Shown: positions 27,889 through 36,250 of the stretch, one piece after another
Numbering within the stretch: the stretch's first letter is position 1
How the letters are laid out: every line of letters starts with the position of its first letter
Assembly (NCBI GenBank): GCA_045614185.1
Contig: JAZLCJ010000016.1
Coordinates: forward strand, 11,384 to 75,383
Length of the DNA stretch: 64,000 nt
Source of the DNA: Christensenellaceae bacterium
GTDB taxonomy: Bacteria > Bacillota > Clostridia > Christensenellales > Borkfalkiaceae
Direction of reading: 5' to 3'
Notes under the pieces: generated by a model
Database searches by the model: none
Seen by the model: the letters and a program-made list of their open reading frames with translations, nothing else
What the model was told of the DNA's origin: nothing
Program-made: the position numbers and the translations under genes

Positions 27889-27977
27889 GGAGAGCTATCG
27901 AAGTGGTCATAACGAGGCGGTCTTGAAAACCGTTTGGGTGCAAGCCCACGGGGGTTCGAATCCCTCGCTCTCCGCCA
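27889..27977 (+). tRNA. tRNA-Ser (anticodon UGA), class II, CCA encoded
   Basis: Acceptor GGAGAGC/GCTCTCC, anticodon loop CTTGAAA, long variable arm, T-loop TTCGAAT, and 3' GCCA. Confidence 0.9.
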
Positions 27978-27980
27978 AGA

Positions 27981-28014
27981 AAAAAGGAACTATTTAATTA
28001 TAGTTCCTTTTTTT
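27981..28014 (+). terminator. rho-independent terminator after tRNA-Ser
   Basis: AAAAAGGAACTA...TAGTTCCTTTTTTT. Confidence 0.85.
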
Positions 28015-28022
28015 GCTGTTTA

Positions 28023-28040
28023 AAGTATAAGTTTATACTT
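28023..28040. repeat. inverted repeat AAGTATAA-GT-TTATACTT
   Basis: 8-bp arms with a 2-bp spacer, located between two terminators. Confidence 0.5.
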
Positions 28041-28074
28041 ATGGATTTTAACGAGCGCGTTTATATTATTTATT

Positions 28075-28097
28075 GGAAGTTTTTACTTCCTTTTTTT
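28075..28097 (+). terminator. second rho-independent terminator
   Basis: GGAAGT-TTTT-ACTTCC followed by T7. Confidence 0.7.
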
Positions 28098-28172
28098 ATT
28101 TTATATAACTTTTAAAGGAGGGTAAATTTTGTCCACTTGCGTATGATATAATTTAAATGAGAGGTAAAATTT

Positions 28173-28457
28173 ATGACTAAAGAATTAAAGAAAACAATTA
28201 TAGTACATATTTTAAGAATTTTATATAATTACACTTCAATTAATTATGTGGTTACGCAAACTACGATAGTTAATTATTTAAATGATATAGATATCGCTTG
28301 CACAAGAAAGACTGTAGGGCGAAACTTAAAATACTTAATAGATTGTGGTGTGCCTATAAAACGAAAGAACGGCAAAAACGGTGGGTATTATTACGATTTT
28401 GAAAATGATAATTTTTTTAATAGGTTCGATATAAATAATCAAAGGAGTGGTTACTAA
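28173..28457 (+). CDS. stand-alone YafY/HTH_11-like winged-helix protein (94 aa, no WYL domain)
   Basis: TQTTIVNYL...CTRKTVGRNLKYLIDCGVPIKRKNGKNGGYYY parallels the HTH of the in-window WYL regulator. GAGAGG RBS and an extended -10 (TGATATAAT) lie upstream. Confidence 0.6.
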   Translation: MTKELKKTIIVHILRILYNYTSINYVVTQTTIVNYLNDIDIACTRKTVGRNLKYLIDCGVPIKRKNGKNGGYYYDFENDNFFNRFDINNQRSGY

Positions 28458-29266
28458 TGAAAAGATTTATAACAATAACTCAAATCCTTATCCCTATATT
28501 TGCAGGGGCTACAGTTTTTTCATTAATTATGGGTAATTATGAAACTATGGGTTTTTGGTTGTTTTTACTTATTGCGGATATCGTTTTAGGCAGTATTTTT
28601 ATTTATATCGTAGATAAAAGAGCAGAAGAACAACTGGAAAAAGAAATTCACGATGCAATATTAAATTTTAGAAAAGAAGAAAAACTTAAAAAAGAAAGCG
28701 AATACGAAATGGAGATATTAGAATGTGAGGATAATTCAGAAGTATATCCTTTTGATGAAGATGAACTTGATGATATTATAAATAAGCTTGAAAAATTAAA
28801 AATGCATGAAAAATACTTATCGCAAATATTAATTGATTTTTATTTAAAAATTAAAAAGCGCGGTTATGAAAAGTTTAATGATGATGAAATATTAAGAACT
28901 AATGCGTTTAATTTTATTAATATGCTTTATTATGATTTACCTTATTTGCCTTCTACTATATTTTATCAAAGATTTAATTCTGTCAGCGCAGATAAGATAG
29001 GTGAGCATTATGCTTTAACTTATTACTGTACATTAGATAATAAAGAAAATTCAAAAAATGTTCAGTTCGTATTAGTTGCAACCAGTTTTGATTCCTTTTT
29101 AATTTTTGGAGTAGAGCGTGAAGGGGGCTCGTTTGTATTAAGTGAATATTCTCAGTATTTAGGGTATAAAAGAAGTTTTAATATTTTGCAGTTAAGCGAC
29201 GTTAAACCAACAATTAAAGAGTATTTAGATAAAATAGAAACAAGGCTTAAAAAAAGTGCACTCTAA
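28457..29266 (+). CDS. 269-aa membrane protein of unknown function (2 N-terminal TM helices, charged linker, unassigned C-terminal domain)
   Basis: The start overlaps the upstream stop (TAATG). TM1 is ITQILIPIFAGATVFSLIMG and TM2 is FWLFLLIADIVLGSIFIYIV. No recognisable motif. Confidence 0.6.
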   Translation: MKRFITITQILIPIFAGATVFSLIMGNYETMGFWLFLLIADIVLGSIFIYIVDKRAEEQLEKEIHDAILNFRKEEKLKKESEYEMEILECEDNSEVYPFDEDELDDIINKLEKLKMHEKYLSQILIDFYLKIKKRGYEKFNDDEILRTNAFNFINMLYYDLPYLPSTIFYQRFNSVSADKIGEHYALTYYCTLDNKENSKNVQFVLVATSFDSFLIFGVEREGGSFVLSEYSQYLGYKRSFNILQLSDVKPTIKEYLDKIETRLKKSAL

Positions 29267-29283
29267 GTAGTGCACTTTTTTTA
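29250..29283 (+). terminator. rho-independent terminator
   Basis: AGTGCACT-CTAAGT-AGTGCACT followed by T7. The stop codon lies in the loop. Confidence 0.85.
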
Positions 29284-29292
29284 TTTTGCCTA

Positions 29293-29321
29293 TTGAAAAA
29301 CTAAAACTAGTTTGGTATAAT
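29293..29321 (+). promoter_or_regulatory. sigma-A promoter TTGAAA-N17-TATAAT with TG extension
   Basis: Read directly from the sequence. Confidence 0.7.
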
Positions 29322-29383
29322 ATAAATGTAAAAGGTAATCGTTAAAAAGAGTGTTGGCATAAAATAATTAAAGGGGAAATTTA

Positions 29384-30994
29384 ATGAAAATTCAATTTAT
29401 AGGCGCAACGCACGAAGTAACAGGAAGTTGTACACTTTTAGAAGTAAGCAACAAGTATTATCTTGTTGACTGTGGTATGGAGCAGGGCAAAGACGTGTTT
29501 CAAAATATCACTATACCCGTACCCGCAAGCCAAATTGAAGCGGTGTTTTTAACCCACGCTCACATTGACCATTCCGGTATGTTGCCAAGATTATACCGCG
29601 ATGGCTTTAAAGGTAGTATTTACGCTACGGAAGCGACTACGAATCTGTGTGACATAATGCTTAGAGATTCGGCCCATATTCAAGAATTTGAAGCACAATG
29701 GCGTACAAGAAAAGCTTTGCGTGCGGGAGAAAAGGCTATTGAGCCCGTTTATGATATGCAAGATGCTATTAAAACGATAGCACTCTTTAGACCGTGTCGT
29801 TACGGTGAAATTATTTATCCCGCAGAAGGCATTCAATTAAGATTTACTGATATTGGGCATTTGCTTGGTTCAGCGTGCATTGAATTATGGCTTAAAGAGG
29901 GTGAAACTGAACGCAAAATTGTGTTTAGTGGTGACGTTGGTAATATAAATCAGCGAATTATAAATGATCCTAAGCAAGTAGAAGAAACTGATTATTTAGT
30001 AATAGAGTCTACTTACGGTAACCGTGTGCATGCAACAGATAGGTCAAACGTAGTTAAAGACCTTGCAAATTATATTCAGAATACGTTTGATAAGGGTGGT
30101 AACGTAGTTATTCCGTCTTTTGCAATAGGTAGAACGCAAGAACTTTTATACGCACTCCGTGAAATAAAACAAGAAAATATGGTTAAAGGTCATGATGGAT
30201 TTAAGGTTTACCTTGATAGTCCGCTTGCTCAAGATGCTACTGCTATATTTATGCAATGCGATACTGATTGCTTTGATGAAGAGACAAAAGCGGTGTTAAA
30301 ACAAGGTATAAATCCTATTTGGTTTGACGATATTAAAATTACGGTTACCGCTGAAGAGTCAAAAGCAATTAACTTTAACAATGAACCCAAAGTTATCATT
30401 TCAGCAAGTGGAATGTGTGAGGCTGGTAGAATTCGCCACCACTTAAAGCATAATTTGTGGAAGAAAAAGAATACAATATTATTTGTAGGTTATCAAGCAG
30501 AAGGTTCACTTGGTAGGCAACTAATTGATGGTGTTAAAAAAGTTACGCTTTTTGGTGAAGAAATTACTGTGCGTGCGGATATTGTGTCGTTAAAAGGTAG
30601 TAGTGGGCACGCTGATAGAGAAGGTTTATTTAAGTGGATAAAAGGCTTTAATGCTAAGCCTAAGCAAATCTTTGTAAATCACGGCGAAAACGATGCTTGT
30701 GAAGACTTTAAGTCGTTATTGCTTGATAATGGTTATAGGGCAGATGCACCGTTTAGCGGTACTGAATATGACCTTATTACTGGTAATATTACCGTGTTTA
30801 CCGAGGGTAAATATATTGATAGAGAGCGCGCGTTTAAGGGTGCAACGCGTGCAGAGGGCGTTTATAAACAAATGCTTGATGAAGCGCAAAAACTTCTTAC
30901 ACTTGTTAAGAGTAGAAAGGGAAGAACTAATAAAGATAATGCAAAACTGACTTCTCAAATTCGCGCGCTTTATGATAAATGGAAAGGAGAATAA
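29384..30994 (+). CDS. beta-CASP family metallo-beta-lactamase ribonuclease (CPSF/RNase J-like)
   Basis: HAHIDHSG motif, beta-CASP insert and a C-terminal RNA-specificity-like domain (SGHAD). Confidence 0.8.
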   Translation: MKIQFIGATHEVTGSCTLLEVSNKYYLVDCGMEQGKDVFQNITIPVPASQIEAVFLTHAHIDHSGMLPRLYRDGFKGSIYATEATTNLCDIMLRDSAHIQEFEAQWRTRKALRAGEKAIEPVYDMQDAIKTIALFRPCRYGEIIYPAEGIQLRFTDIGHLLGSACIELWLKEGETERKIVFSGDVGNINQRIINDPKQVEETDYLVIESTYGNRVHATDRSNVVKDLANYIQNTFDKGGNVVIPSFAIGRTQELLYALREIKQENMVKGHDGFKVYLDSPLAQDATAIFMQCDTDCFDEETKAVLKQGINPIWFDDIKITVTAEESKAINFNNEPKVIISASGMCEAGRIRHHLKHNLWKKKNTILFVGYQAEGSLGRQLIDGVKKVTLFGEEITVRADIVSLKGSSGHADREGLFKWIKGFNAKPKQIFVNHGENDACEDFKSLLLDNGYRADAPFSGTEYDLITGNITVFTEGKYIDRERAFKGATRAEGVYKQMLDEAQKLLTLVKSRKGRTNKDNAKLTSQIRALYDKWKGE

Positions 30995-31576
30995 ATGAGA
31001 TTATGTGTTTATGGTGCTGCGTCAAATAGCATCAATAAAGAATTCATTGACAATGTTGAACAATTTGGTCAGCAACTTGCTAAAAGAGGACATTCGCTTG
31101 TTTTTGGTGCTGGTAAAAACGGGCTAATGGGAGCAACTGCACGCGGTGTTAAAAGGTGCGGTGGATATATTTTGGGCGTCGTTCCAAAGTTTTTTGACGA
31201 GCAAACAATAGAGGTTATTTATACCGAATGTGATAAACTTATTCAGCCCGATACTATGAGAGAGCGTAAAAAAATTATGGAAGATAATGCAGACGCATTT
31301 GTTGTGCTCCCTGGTGGTATAGGTACTTTTGAAGAGTTTTTTGAGATTTTAACATTAAAACAATTGTGCCGACATGATAAGCCTATTGTAATTTACAACT
31401 TGCAAGGTTATTATAATGAACTGTACGCTATGCTTGAAACAGCAACAGATAAAAAGTTTTTAAGGCAAGATTGTTTAGAACTTTTCAAAATGTGTGAAGA
31501 TTTAGATGAATTGTTTAATTATTTAGAAAATTATAAGCCGTCAAATAGAAGTATTAAAGATATGAAAGAAGGTTAA
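30995..31576 (+). CDS. LOG / TIGR00730 family nucleotide N-glycosidase (lysine-decarboxylase-like)
   Basis: PGGIGTFEEFFE motif and N-terminal GAGKNGLMG. The start directly abuts the upstream stop. Confidence 0.8.
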   Translation: MRLCVYGAASNSINKEFIDNVEQFGQQLAKRGHSLVFGAGKNGLMGATARGVKRCGGYILGVVPKFFDEQTIEVIYTECDKLIQPDTMRERKKIMEDNADAFVVLPGGIGTFEEFFEILTLKQLCRHDKPIVIYNLQGYYNELYAMLETATDKKFLRQDCLELFKMCEDLDELFNYLENYKPSNRSIKDMKEG

Positions 31577-31581
31577 TGAAT

Positions 31582-31616
31582 AAAAGCGATACTTAAAACT
31601 TTAAGTATCGCTTTTA
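31582..31616 (+). terminator. rho-independent terminator
   Basis: AGCGATACTTAA-AACT-TTAAGTATCGCT followed by TTT. Confidence 0.75.
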
Positions 31617-31631
31617 ATATTAAAAAATACA

Positions 31632-31660
31632 TTGACAATTATTATTAAATAAAGTAAAAT
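31632..31660 (+). promoter_or_regulatory. sigma-A-type promoter TTGACA-N17-TAAAAT, pointing into the antisense of tRNA-Trp and towards proC
   Basis: Read directly from the sequence. Confidence 0.5.
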
Positions 31661-31694
31661 ATTATACGTAATTTATATATAGTTTAGTGCCTTA

Positions 31695-31734
31695 ATAAAA
31701 AAATAAAGCACCGAGCAAAACTTTACTCGATGCT
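31695..31734 (-). terminator. rho-independent terminator for tRNA-Trp
   Basis: In the minus-sense RNA, AGCAUCGAG/CUCGGUGCU pairs with one G-U wobble, followed by a U-rich tract. In the plus sense the same position is a C-A mismatch. Confidence 0.7.
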
Positions 31735-31736
31735 TT

Positions 31737-31812
31737 TGGCAGGGGAGACGCGACTCGAACACGCAACCGGCGGTTTTGGAGACCGCTGCTCTACCAATTG
31801 AGCCACTCCCCT
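31737..31812 (-). tRNA. tRNA-Trp (anticodon CCA), CCA encoded
   Basis: Reverse complement gives AGGGGAG...GCTCAATTGGTAGAGC...anticodon loop CTCCAAA...TTCGAGT...CTCCCCTGCCA. Length is 76 nt. Confidence 0.9.
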
Positions 31813-31826
31813 AAAGGACGTATTAG

Positions 31827-31855
31827 ATTATATACTAAAATTTATTTGAAGTCAA
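31827..31855 (-). promoter_or_regulatory. sigma-A promoter TTGACT-N17-TATAAT for tRNA-Trp
   Basis: Read on the minus strand. The -10 ends about 14 nt before the mature tRNA 5' end. Confidence 0.65.
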
Positions 31856-31874
31856 TCAAATTCAGGTGAAAATT

Positions 31875-32681
31875 ATGAAAAAGAAATTTAAATTAGGTGT
31901 TATCGGTGCTGGTTTTATGTCTACGGCTATCGTTAAAGGCGTTATCGGTGCTGGTCAATTAAATAAAGAGGATATCATTGTTAGCGACGCTTTTCCTGTT
32001 GCGCTTGATAAAATGGCTGAAAACGGTGTAAGAGTAACTTCAAGTAATTTAGAACTTGCAAATAATAGTGAATTCGTTTTGTTTGCAGTTAAACCGCAAA
32101 GTTTAGATGAGGTTTTAATTTCAATTTCTGGTGCTGATTGCAATAAATTTATTTCTATTATGGCTGGCGTAAAAAAAGAAAAAATTAAAAAGTCTTTTAC
32201 TAACGTATTAGTTGCAAGATGTATGCCAAACACTCCTTGTGCTATTGGTAGTGGGGCTATCGGCTTAGATTTATCTGATTTTGATTGTGATGCTGATAAA
32301 AACTTTATCAAAGGATTGCTTGAACCGTTGGCAAGCGTAGTTTTAGTTGAAGAAGAAAAACTTAACGCTGTTACAGGGGTAAGTGGTAGCGCACCCGCAT
32401 ACTTTTATTTGTTCTTAAAAGGTGTTGTTGAGGCAGGGGTTAAGCAAGGTTTGACTTATGAACAAGCAAAACAACTTGCTACAAGCACAATGATCGGTGC
32501 AGGAAAAATGGTTGAAGTAAATCAAGATAAAACTCTTGACGAGTTAATTAACGCTGTTTGTAGTAAAGGTGGCACAACTATTGAGGCTGTTAAAGTTTAT
32601 AACGAAAGTGGGCTTTCTGAAATTACCAATAAGGCTGTTGACGCTTGTGTAAAGCGTGCTTTCGAGTTGGAGAATTTGTAA
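31875..32681 (+). CDS. proC: pyrroline-5-carboxylate reductase
   Basis: LGVIGAGFMSTAI Rossmann fold and P5CR C-terminal domain (SKGGTT). AGGTG RBS before the ATG at 31875. Confidence 0.85.
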   Translation: MKKKFKLGVIGAGFMSTAIVKGVIGAGQLNKEDIIVSDAFPVALDKMAENGVRVTSSNLELANNSEFVLFAVKPQSLDEVLISISGADCNKFISIMAGVKKEKIKKSFTNVLVARCMPNTPCAIGSGAIGLDLSDFDCDADKNFIKGLLEPLASVVLVEEEKLNAVTGVSGSAPAYFYLFLKGVVEAGVKQGLTYEQAKQLATSTMIGAGKMVEVNQDKTLDELINAVCSKGGTTIEAVKVYNESGLSEITNKAVDACVKRAFELENL

Positions 32682-33127
32682 TGAAAACGGTTGAAATTTA
32701 TACTGACGGCGCGTGTAGTGGTAACCCTGGCGTTGGCGGTTATTGTGCAATTTTAATGTATAACGGCGCGGAAAAGGTTCTTAGCGGTGCGGAAAAAGAA
32801 ACTACTAATAATCGAATGGAACTTATTGCCGTTATTAAGGGCTTAGAGGCATTAAAAGAGAGTTGCAACGTAAACCTTTATAGTGATTCACAATACGTTG
32901 TAGACGCGTTTAATCAAAAATGGATTGAGTCTTGGATTGCTAACGGTTGGAGAACTGCTGGCAAAAAGGAAGTTAAAAACCCAGATCTTTGGAAAATTTT
33001 AGTTGAACTTACAAACAAGCATAGTGTAACTTTTATAAAAGTTAAAGGACATGCTGATAACGAATACAATAACCGTTGTGACCAAATTGCTGTAAGTGAA
33101 TACAAAAAAATATTAGAAAATATATAA
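32681..33127 (+). CDS. rnhA: ribonuclease HI
   Basis: IYTDGACSGNPG, NNRMEL, DSQY and KGHADNEYNNRCD motifs. TAATG overlap with proC. Confidence 0.9.
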   Translation: MKTVEIYTDGACSGNPGVGGYCAILMYNGAEKVLSGAEKETTNNRMELIAVIKGLEALKESCNVNLYSDSQYVVDAFNQKWIESWIANGWRTAGKKEVKNPDLWKILVELTNKHSVTFIKVKGHADNEYNNRCDQIAVSEYKKILENI

Positions 33128-33171
33128 ATAAATTGTATGATAACTTTGTTTTTTACTTAATATAATATTGT

Positions 33172-34095
33172 ATGGTAAAAAGCAAAGTTTCATTATTTAA
33201 AGAAGTATTTAGCGTTGTTTTGATAGTTTTATTAGGTGTGGTTGGCGTATTATTTTCTACGCTTTATATCAATACCTTTTCAAATGGCTTTATTTTTCAA
33301 AACAACTATATAATTTCTATAATAGTCAACTCTTTGCTAATAGTTTTAACTATACTTACGCTTATATTCCTATTAACAACTAAGTCAATAACTTATAAAG
33401 TTTTATTGCTTACAATTTCAACTATATCAATTTCATTTTTGTTGATGTATGTGTTAAAAGCAAGTGGTTTTCTTGATAATATAGATAGTATAGAAGATTT
33501 TAGAGTGTATATTGCATCTTTTGGCGCTTGGGCTGTAATTTTGTTTGTTGCTATACAGTTTTTGCAAGTTGTTGTTTTGCCTATTCCTTCTTTTATAACT
33601 GTTGGTGCAGGAGTTTTGCTTTTTGGCCCATTATTATCATCAATTTATAGTTGTATAGGTATCATTAGCGGTTCGATAGTTGCTTATCTTATAGGTAAAA
33701 TTTTTGGCATAAAAGTTGCCGAATGGTTGGTTGGTAAAGAAGCATTACAAAAAGGTCTTAAAACTATTAAAGGGAAAGATAAAATAGTATTAACCTTTAT
33801 GTTCATCTTTCCATTTTTCCCAGATGACTTATTATGTTTTGTCGCAGGTATAACAACTATAAGTCCATCGTATTTTATTTCAATGATTATTATTACAAGA
33901 ATACTTTGCATATTCATGTCGTCATATTCGTTTAATAACAGCATAATACCATATAATACTTGGTGGGGAATTTTGTTGTGGATTTTATTTTTTGCACTTA
34001 CTATAATACTAACTATTCTAATTTATAAAAAGGGTGAAAAAATAGAAAAAGCAATATTTAATAAACTTAAAAAAAGAAAGAAAATTACTGCATAA
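33172..34095 (+). CDS. TVP38/TMEM64 (DedA-related, SNARE_assoc) family membrane protein with extra N-terminal TM helices
   Basis: VVLPIPSFITVGAGVLLFGP...GSIVAYLIGKIFG...FPDDLLCFVAG. Confidence 0.6.
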   Translation: MVKSKVSLFKEVFSVVLIVLLGVVGVLFSTLYINTFSNGFIFQNNYIISIIVNSLLIVLTILTLIFLLTTKSITYKVLLLTISTISISFLLMYVLKASGFLDNIDSIEDFRVYIASFGAWAVILFVAIQFLQVVVLPIPSFITVGAGVLLFGPLLSSIYSCIGIISGSIVAYLIGKIFGIKVAEWLVGKEALQKGLKTIKGKDKIVLTFMFIFPFFPDDLLCFVAGITTISPSYFISMIIITRILCIFMSSYSFNNSIIPYNTWWGILLWILFFALTIILTILIYKKGEKIEKAIFNKLKKRKKITA

Positions 34096-34126
34096 TTTCA
34101 ATATGATTATGTGAGGCAAACTAAAG

Positions 34127-34861
34127 ATGAATATTTTAATTTCTAATGATGACGGAATAAATAGCCCGTCGATTAAAGCACTTGCAAATAGAATAAGTAA
34201 AAAGCACAACGTTTTAATGGTTGCGCCAAGTGATAATAGGTCGGCAACGGCGCATTCACTAAGTATTGGTAAGCCTATTAAAGTCATTAAACATAATAAT
34301 TTTGACTTTGATGCGTATTCTATTACAGGCTCTCCTGCAGACTGTGCTAAAATAGCACGATTAATGTTCCCTAATTTCAATGCTGATGTTGTTCTTGCAG
34401 GTGTTAATACTGAACATAATATTGGTTCTGACACCTTATATTCTGGAACTGTTGCTATTTGTTATGAATCAGCGTATTATAACCGCGTTGCATTTGCTTT
34501 TTCCGCTTATCATTATCAAGAAAAATTTGTTGAAAAGTATGCTTTACTTGCTGAAGAAGTTTTTGAAAAAATTTATCCCTTATCGCAAAAAGGTGATATT
34601 TGGAACGTCAATTTTCCAGATTTGGAAAATGGCGAGCCTAAAGGAATAAAATTAACGGCGTTAGGTAAGCATATTTACTCTGATCATTATGAGAAAATAG
34701 GTGAGAATGAATATAAGCTTGTTGGCGACTTAATTGATCACAATGAAAACGTTGATGATTGCGACGTTAATTTAATTAAAAAAGGGTATATAACCGTAAC
34801 TCCAATGCTTTTTAATAGAACAAACTATAAACGCATCGAAGAAATTAATAAAGGTTTATAA
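34127..34861 (+). CDS. surE: 5'/3'-nucleotidase SurE
   Basis: MNILISNDDGI N-terminus and YSGTV motif. Confidence 0.9.
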   Translation: MNILISNDDGINSPSIKALANRISKKHNVLMVAPSDNRSATAHSLSIGKPIKVIKHNNFDFDAYSITGSPADCAKIARLMFPNFNADVVLAGVNTEHNIGSDTLYSGTVAICYESAYYNRVAFAFSAYHYQEKFVEKYALLAEEVFEKIYPLSQKGDIWNVNFPDLENGEPKGIKLTALGKHIYSDHYEKIGENEYKLVGDLIDHNENVDDCDVNLIKKGYITVTPMLFNRTNYKRIEEINKGL

Positions 34862-34864
34862 ATT

Positions 34865-34890
34865 AAAACACCGAAATTTTTCGGTGTTTT
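34865..34890 (+). terminator. rho-independent terminator
   Basis: CACCGA-AATTTT-TCGGTG followed by a T-run. Confidence 0.8.
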
Positions 34891-34983
34891 GTCTTTAAAT
34901 AAATATATTATTAGTAAAGTAATTGCAAAATTTAATTAAAAGTGGTATTATTTATTTGAAATAAATAATTTTATGGTGCTTTA

Positions 34984-36204
34984 ATGGGAAAAGTCGTTGT
35001 CGTTGGTGGTGGCGCCGCAGGTATGTTTGCTGCATATGCGTCTGCACTTTACGGAAATGAAACAATTTTGCTTGAAAAAAATGAAAAATTAGGCAAAAAG
35101 ATATATATTACTGGAAAGGGGCGTTGCAATCTTACAACAACGGTTGATAAGGAAGAGTTTTTTAATTCAATCGTCCGTAACTCTAAATTTATGTTTAGTG
35201 CAATGAGTAATCTTTCCCCAGATGATACTTTCAGTTTTTTTGAAAATAGCGGTTTACCACTAAAAATTGAAAGAGGAAATAGGGTTTTTCCAGCAAGTGA
35301 TAAAGCAAGCGACGTTACCAAAACTTTAGAAAAAAATTTAATAAGTTTAGGCGTAGATATTAGATTAAACACAAACGTTGAATCGTTAAAAGTTGAAAAT
35401 TCTGTCGTTAAAGGGGTAATAGCAAATAGTAATTTAATTGACTGTGACTCAGTTATTGTATGCTGTGGTGGCATATCTTATCCTGGCACGGGTAGTTGTG
35501 GCGATGGATATAAATTTGCTAAGTCTGTAGGGCATAATATTGTTGATTTGCGCCCATCGTTAGTAGGTTTGGAATTGCTCGGTGCAGACTATCTTGAAAT
35601 GCAGGGGTTATCACTTAAAAACGTTGCTCTTTATGTCAGATATAATAGTAAAAAAATATATGAAGATTTTGGCGAAATGCTCTTTACTCATTTTGGTGTT
35701 TCAGGCCCGATAATTCTTTCATGTTCTTCAAAAATTAATAGGTTAGACCTTTCACAAGTCGAACTTGTAATTGACTTAAAGCCTGCACTTGATAGCGTAA
35801 CGCTTGATAATAGATTGATTAGAGAATTTAAAGAAAACAACTCTAAAACTATTTTTACAATGATGCGCAGTTTACTTCCTAAGTCTCTAATAAACATAGT
35901 GCTTGATCGGGCAAATATAAGACATGATAAATCTTGTAGTGAAATTACAGCTGTTGAACGCCAAGCAATTATTAATTCATTAAAGAATTTAACTTTCAAA
36001 CCTAAAAAACTTCGTCCGATAGAAGAGGCAATAGTTACTTCCGGCGGTGTTGACGTAAAAGAAATAAACCCAAAAACTATGGAGAGTAAATTAGTTAAAG
36101 GGCTATTTTTTGCAGGGGAAGTTTTGGACGTTGATGCGTTTACAGGCGGGTTTAATTTGCAACTTGCTTTTTCAACTGGTTATACGGCTGGAATTAATTC
36201 ATAA
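34984..36204 (+). CDS. HI0933/BaiN-like NAD(P)/FAD-dependent oxidoreductase
   Basis: VVVGGGAAGMFAA dinucleotide motif and ITGKGRCNLT. Confidence 0.8.
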   Translation: MGKVVVVGGGAAGMFAAYASALYGNETILLEKNEKLGKKIYITGKGRCNLTTTVDKEEFFNSIVRNSKFMFSAMSNLSPDDTFSFFENSGLPLKIERGNRVFPASDKASDVTKTLEKNLISLGVDIRLNTNVESLKVENSVVKGVIANSNLIDCDSVIVCCGGISYPGTGSCGDGYKFAKSVGHNIVDLRPSLVGLELLGADYLEMQGLSLKNVALYVRYNSKKIYEDFGEMLFTHFGVSGPIILSCSSKINRLDLSQVELVIDLKPALDSVTLDNRLIREFKENNSKTIFTMMRSLLPKSLINIVLDRANIRHDKSCSEITAVERQAIINSLKNLTFKPKKLRPIEEAIVTSGGVDVKEINPKTMESKLVKGLFFAGEVLDVDAFTGGFNLQLAFSTGYTAGINS

Positions 36205-36250
36205 ATTAGTATAAATAAACATTTTATAGGTATACATTAAGGAGGATATT

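Noticed and set aside
27716-27949. 77-aa minus-strand ORF
   Set aside because: It overlaps tRNA-Ser and its promoter. The tRNA call explains the sequence.
27978-29383. Integrated mobile element at tRNA-Ser with att repeats
   Set aside because: I found no direct repeat of the tRNA 3' end downstream. There is no integrase, transposase or phage gene. Only an accessory-cassette interpretation is retained, as a finding.
34018-34434. 138-aa minus-strand ORF overlapping surE and the end of the TVP38-like gene; also the other 60-140-aa antisense ORFs in the track (e.g. 1124-1426, 7586-7957, 35049-35474, 38606-39007, 45395-45802, 57138-57554)
   Set aside because: All lie fully inside or antisense to well-supported genes. 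They lack SD sequences and have shadow-frame composition, so I treat them as artefacts.
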